Assembly (NCBI GenBank): GCA_020184695.1
Contig: JAANOX010000204.1
Location: 1-47,141 of the forward strand
From: Histomonas meleagridis 2922-C6/04-290x
Taxonomy: Eukaryota; Protista; Parabasalia
Direction: 5' to 3'
DNA: 47,141 nucleotides
Under the pieces are notes generated by a model. That model was not told where the DNA came from. It saw only the letters and a list, made by a program, of their open reading frames with translations, and did not search any database. Both the position numbers and the translations under genes were made by a program. How positions within the stretch are numbered: the first letter of the stretch is position 1; each line of letters starts with the position of its first letter. Positions 45,691 to 47,141 of the stretch are shown in pieces.

Positions 45691-45713
45691 TGTGTTTTAT
45701 GTTGCTAATTCGC

Positions 45714-45746
45714 GATATTTTTTTCGCCCTGGGCAAAAAAAATATC
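45714..45746. repeat. 33-bp imperfect palindrome GATATTTTTTTCGCCC-T-GGGCAAAAAAAATATC
   Basis: 16-bp arms (45714-45729 and 45731-45746) with one mismatch and a 1-nt centre. Confidence 0.9.
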
Positions 45747-46311
45747 CCAAAATCATTTGAGATTTCTGGAAACAAAAAATGTGGTGTGTAAAAAAACCTT
45801 AATAGTATCTGACGAATATTTTTTTCAATAAAAAGTTTAAATATCATATATGTATATAACACTAGATATGTAATATTTTAAAACATTGTTTTATTATGTT
45901 CCAATATATTATATATTAAGATAATTTGAATTTTTTTTGATATTTGATTCAATAGTTTATGTAACTTTTGAGTGTAAAATGATCGACTTCTTTCAAATAC
46001 ATCTGTTAATATTAATAAAAAAATATGTTATAATTCCTTTAATTTTGATTACTATAATTTCAAGTATTGATGTAATTTTGAAATTATGGGTTGGTCTTAA
46101 AATTTTTGAGTTGCCAAATCCAAAATTTATAATAATAAAATGATTAAATTTGCTAATTTTTTAGTGCCATTATTGACTTAAACATACTAATTTTGGTATG
46201 ACTATCATATGTTATTCATTTTAAGTAAATTAATTAGTATAATAATTTGAGTGTTACAGGTAATTCGTTGGGTGGTAAGATGGCAAATTTCAATATCATT
46301 CAATTACCCCG

Positions 46312-46447
46312 TATCGTTGCCCAAAAAGGTTATATTCAGAAAATCATGTACGATATGGGTAAAACCGCTTTTAAGTTGGGCTATCGTTACCCAAGGTTGT
46401 TCAATTCAGAAAATCATGTCCGATACGGAAAAAACGGATTTTAGGTT
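46312..46447 (+). repeat. Diverged direct duplication with 70-bp period
   Basis: 46312-46377 vs 46382-46447 match at 52/66 positions ungapped by hand count, with shared core ATTCAGAAAATCATGT-CGATA. Confidence 0.85.
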
Positions 46448-47141
46448 ATTGTTGCAAAAATCATTGGTTATTACGGTTTGTACTGGGGATCTCTTCCCAA
46501 AAAAAATTTAGAAATGGCTCGGGAACTCGGGAAAATCATTTTAGCCTATAAAAAAATATAAAAAATTGAATTTTCTGGTAATTTTTCATCGCATCTTCAG
46601 GAACAAGTAACCCAAAATGTATAAACCTTTTAATTTCTCCCAAACCATATAATGAGTGAAAAACGTTAAATATTCCATTTTCACGACTTTTGGGGAATCG
46701 GGAAAATTTTAGTAAAGTTCTGAATTTCCCCAGAAAAATTTAAATGAATTCCCTGAGAAAAAAATAAAGATCAAATTACATAGATTTAATCCAAACTCGG
46801 TACGTTTAAAACAGGGAAGTTTGTTGTGGTGTAGGAAACACGTTTAACAGCAAAAGTGACTTCGTTTTTTTTTCGGGAACATTCAATTTAAAAAATTCCA
46901 GGGAAGAAAAATTAAACTTCGGGAGGGAAAATTTCCGATTAGTGATTTTCCGGAAGAGATCCCTAGTTTATACGCAGATTAAAATAAAAAGTGAATTTAT
47001 TCAAACAGTAAAATTTTGGTGAGGAAAAGTGAAATGAGATGACTTCATTTTTTATATAAAAAAATTGAATTCGGCTTTACCCATTGGGTTGGGGTGGGTT
47101 TTCATTATCCCTGTAGAATTGGGAAAAATTAGCATCATTAG

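Larger units (their letters stand above)
45691..47141. other. AT-rich, apparently non-coding unique flank with many A/T homopolymers
   Basis: Hand counts give 9/60 G+C at 45841-45900 and 21/60 at 46321-46380. Only short ORFs (<90 aa) lie wholly within it, with no recognisable motif. The organism cannot be assigned. Confidence 0.8.

Noticed and set aside
45714-45746. Intrinsic transcription terminator
   Set aside because: The T-run precedes and the A-run follows the GC stem on both strands, the reverse of a terminator, and no gene lies upstream.
45431-46511. ORFs 45431-45862(-), 45937-46143, 46247-46444 and 46251-46511
   Set aside because: Short or half repeat-derived, mostly non-ATG starts, AT-driven I/K/F/N composition, two overlapping in different frames, and no recognisable motif.
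1-47141. tRNA, rRNA, structured ncRNA or transposase remnants
   Set aside because: No cloverleaf, rRNA signature or transposase-like ORF was recognised. The G-rich strand has little self-complementarity.

Overview
This window has no credible gene. It is a one-directional, G-rich repeat landscape joined to a short AT-rich flank. (1) Positions 1 to ~42,000 are a strand-uniform mosaic of short words (GAGACCCAGG, GGCACCCAG, GGCACTCAGG, GGAGGCCCAGG, GGCAG, GGTGG, GTGTG) whose anchor recurs about every 15 nt. (2) ~41,998-43,698 is a near-perfect 15-bp array, (GTGTGTGTGGTACTT)n. (3) 43,695-45,690 is a nested set of related minisatellites (~60, 17, 35, 20 and 19 bp units) sharing a GKTACWTGTG-like core. 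(4) ~45,691-47,141 is AT-rich non-coding DNA with a 33-bp palindrome near the junction and a diverged 70-bp duplication. The main observation is that the 42-kb mosaic looks like the same 15-mer rewritten by A:T->G:C substitutions. Stepwise intermediates are visible (GGTACTT > GGTACTC > GGCACTC/GGCACCT > GGCACCC), and GCGCGCGCGGCGCCC at 4229-4243 is an exact transition image of the unit. Two readings remain open. The one I favour is a long-read basecalling or consensus artefact over a very long 15-mer array, supported by Alu-like words and no long exact duplications that I could see. The other is a real, polarised, mutagenic repeat-writing process, which would be new. Raw signal or orthogonal reads are needed to decide. 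All supplied ORFs are treated as by-products of low complexity.
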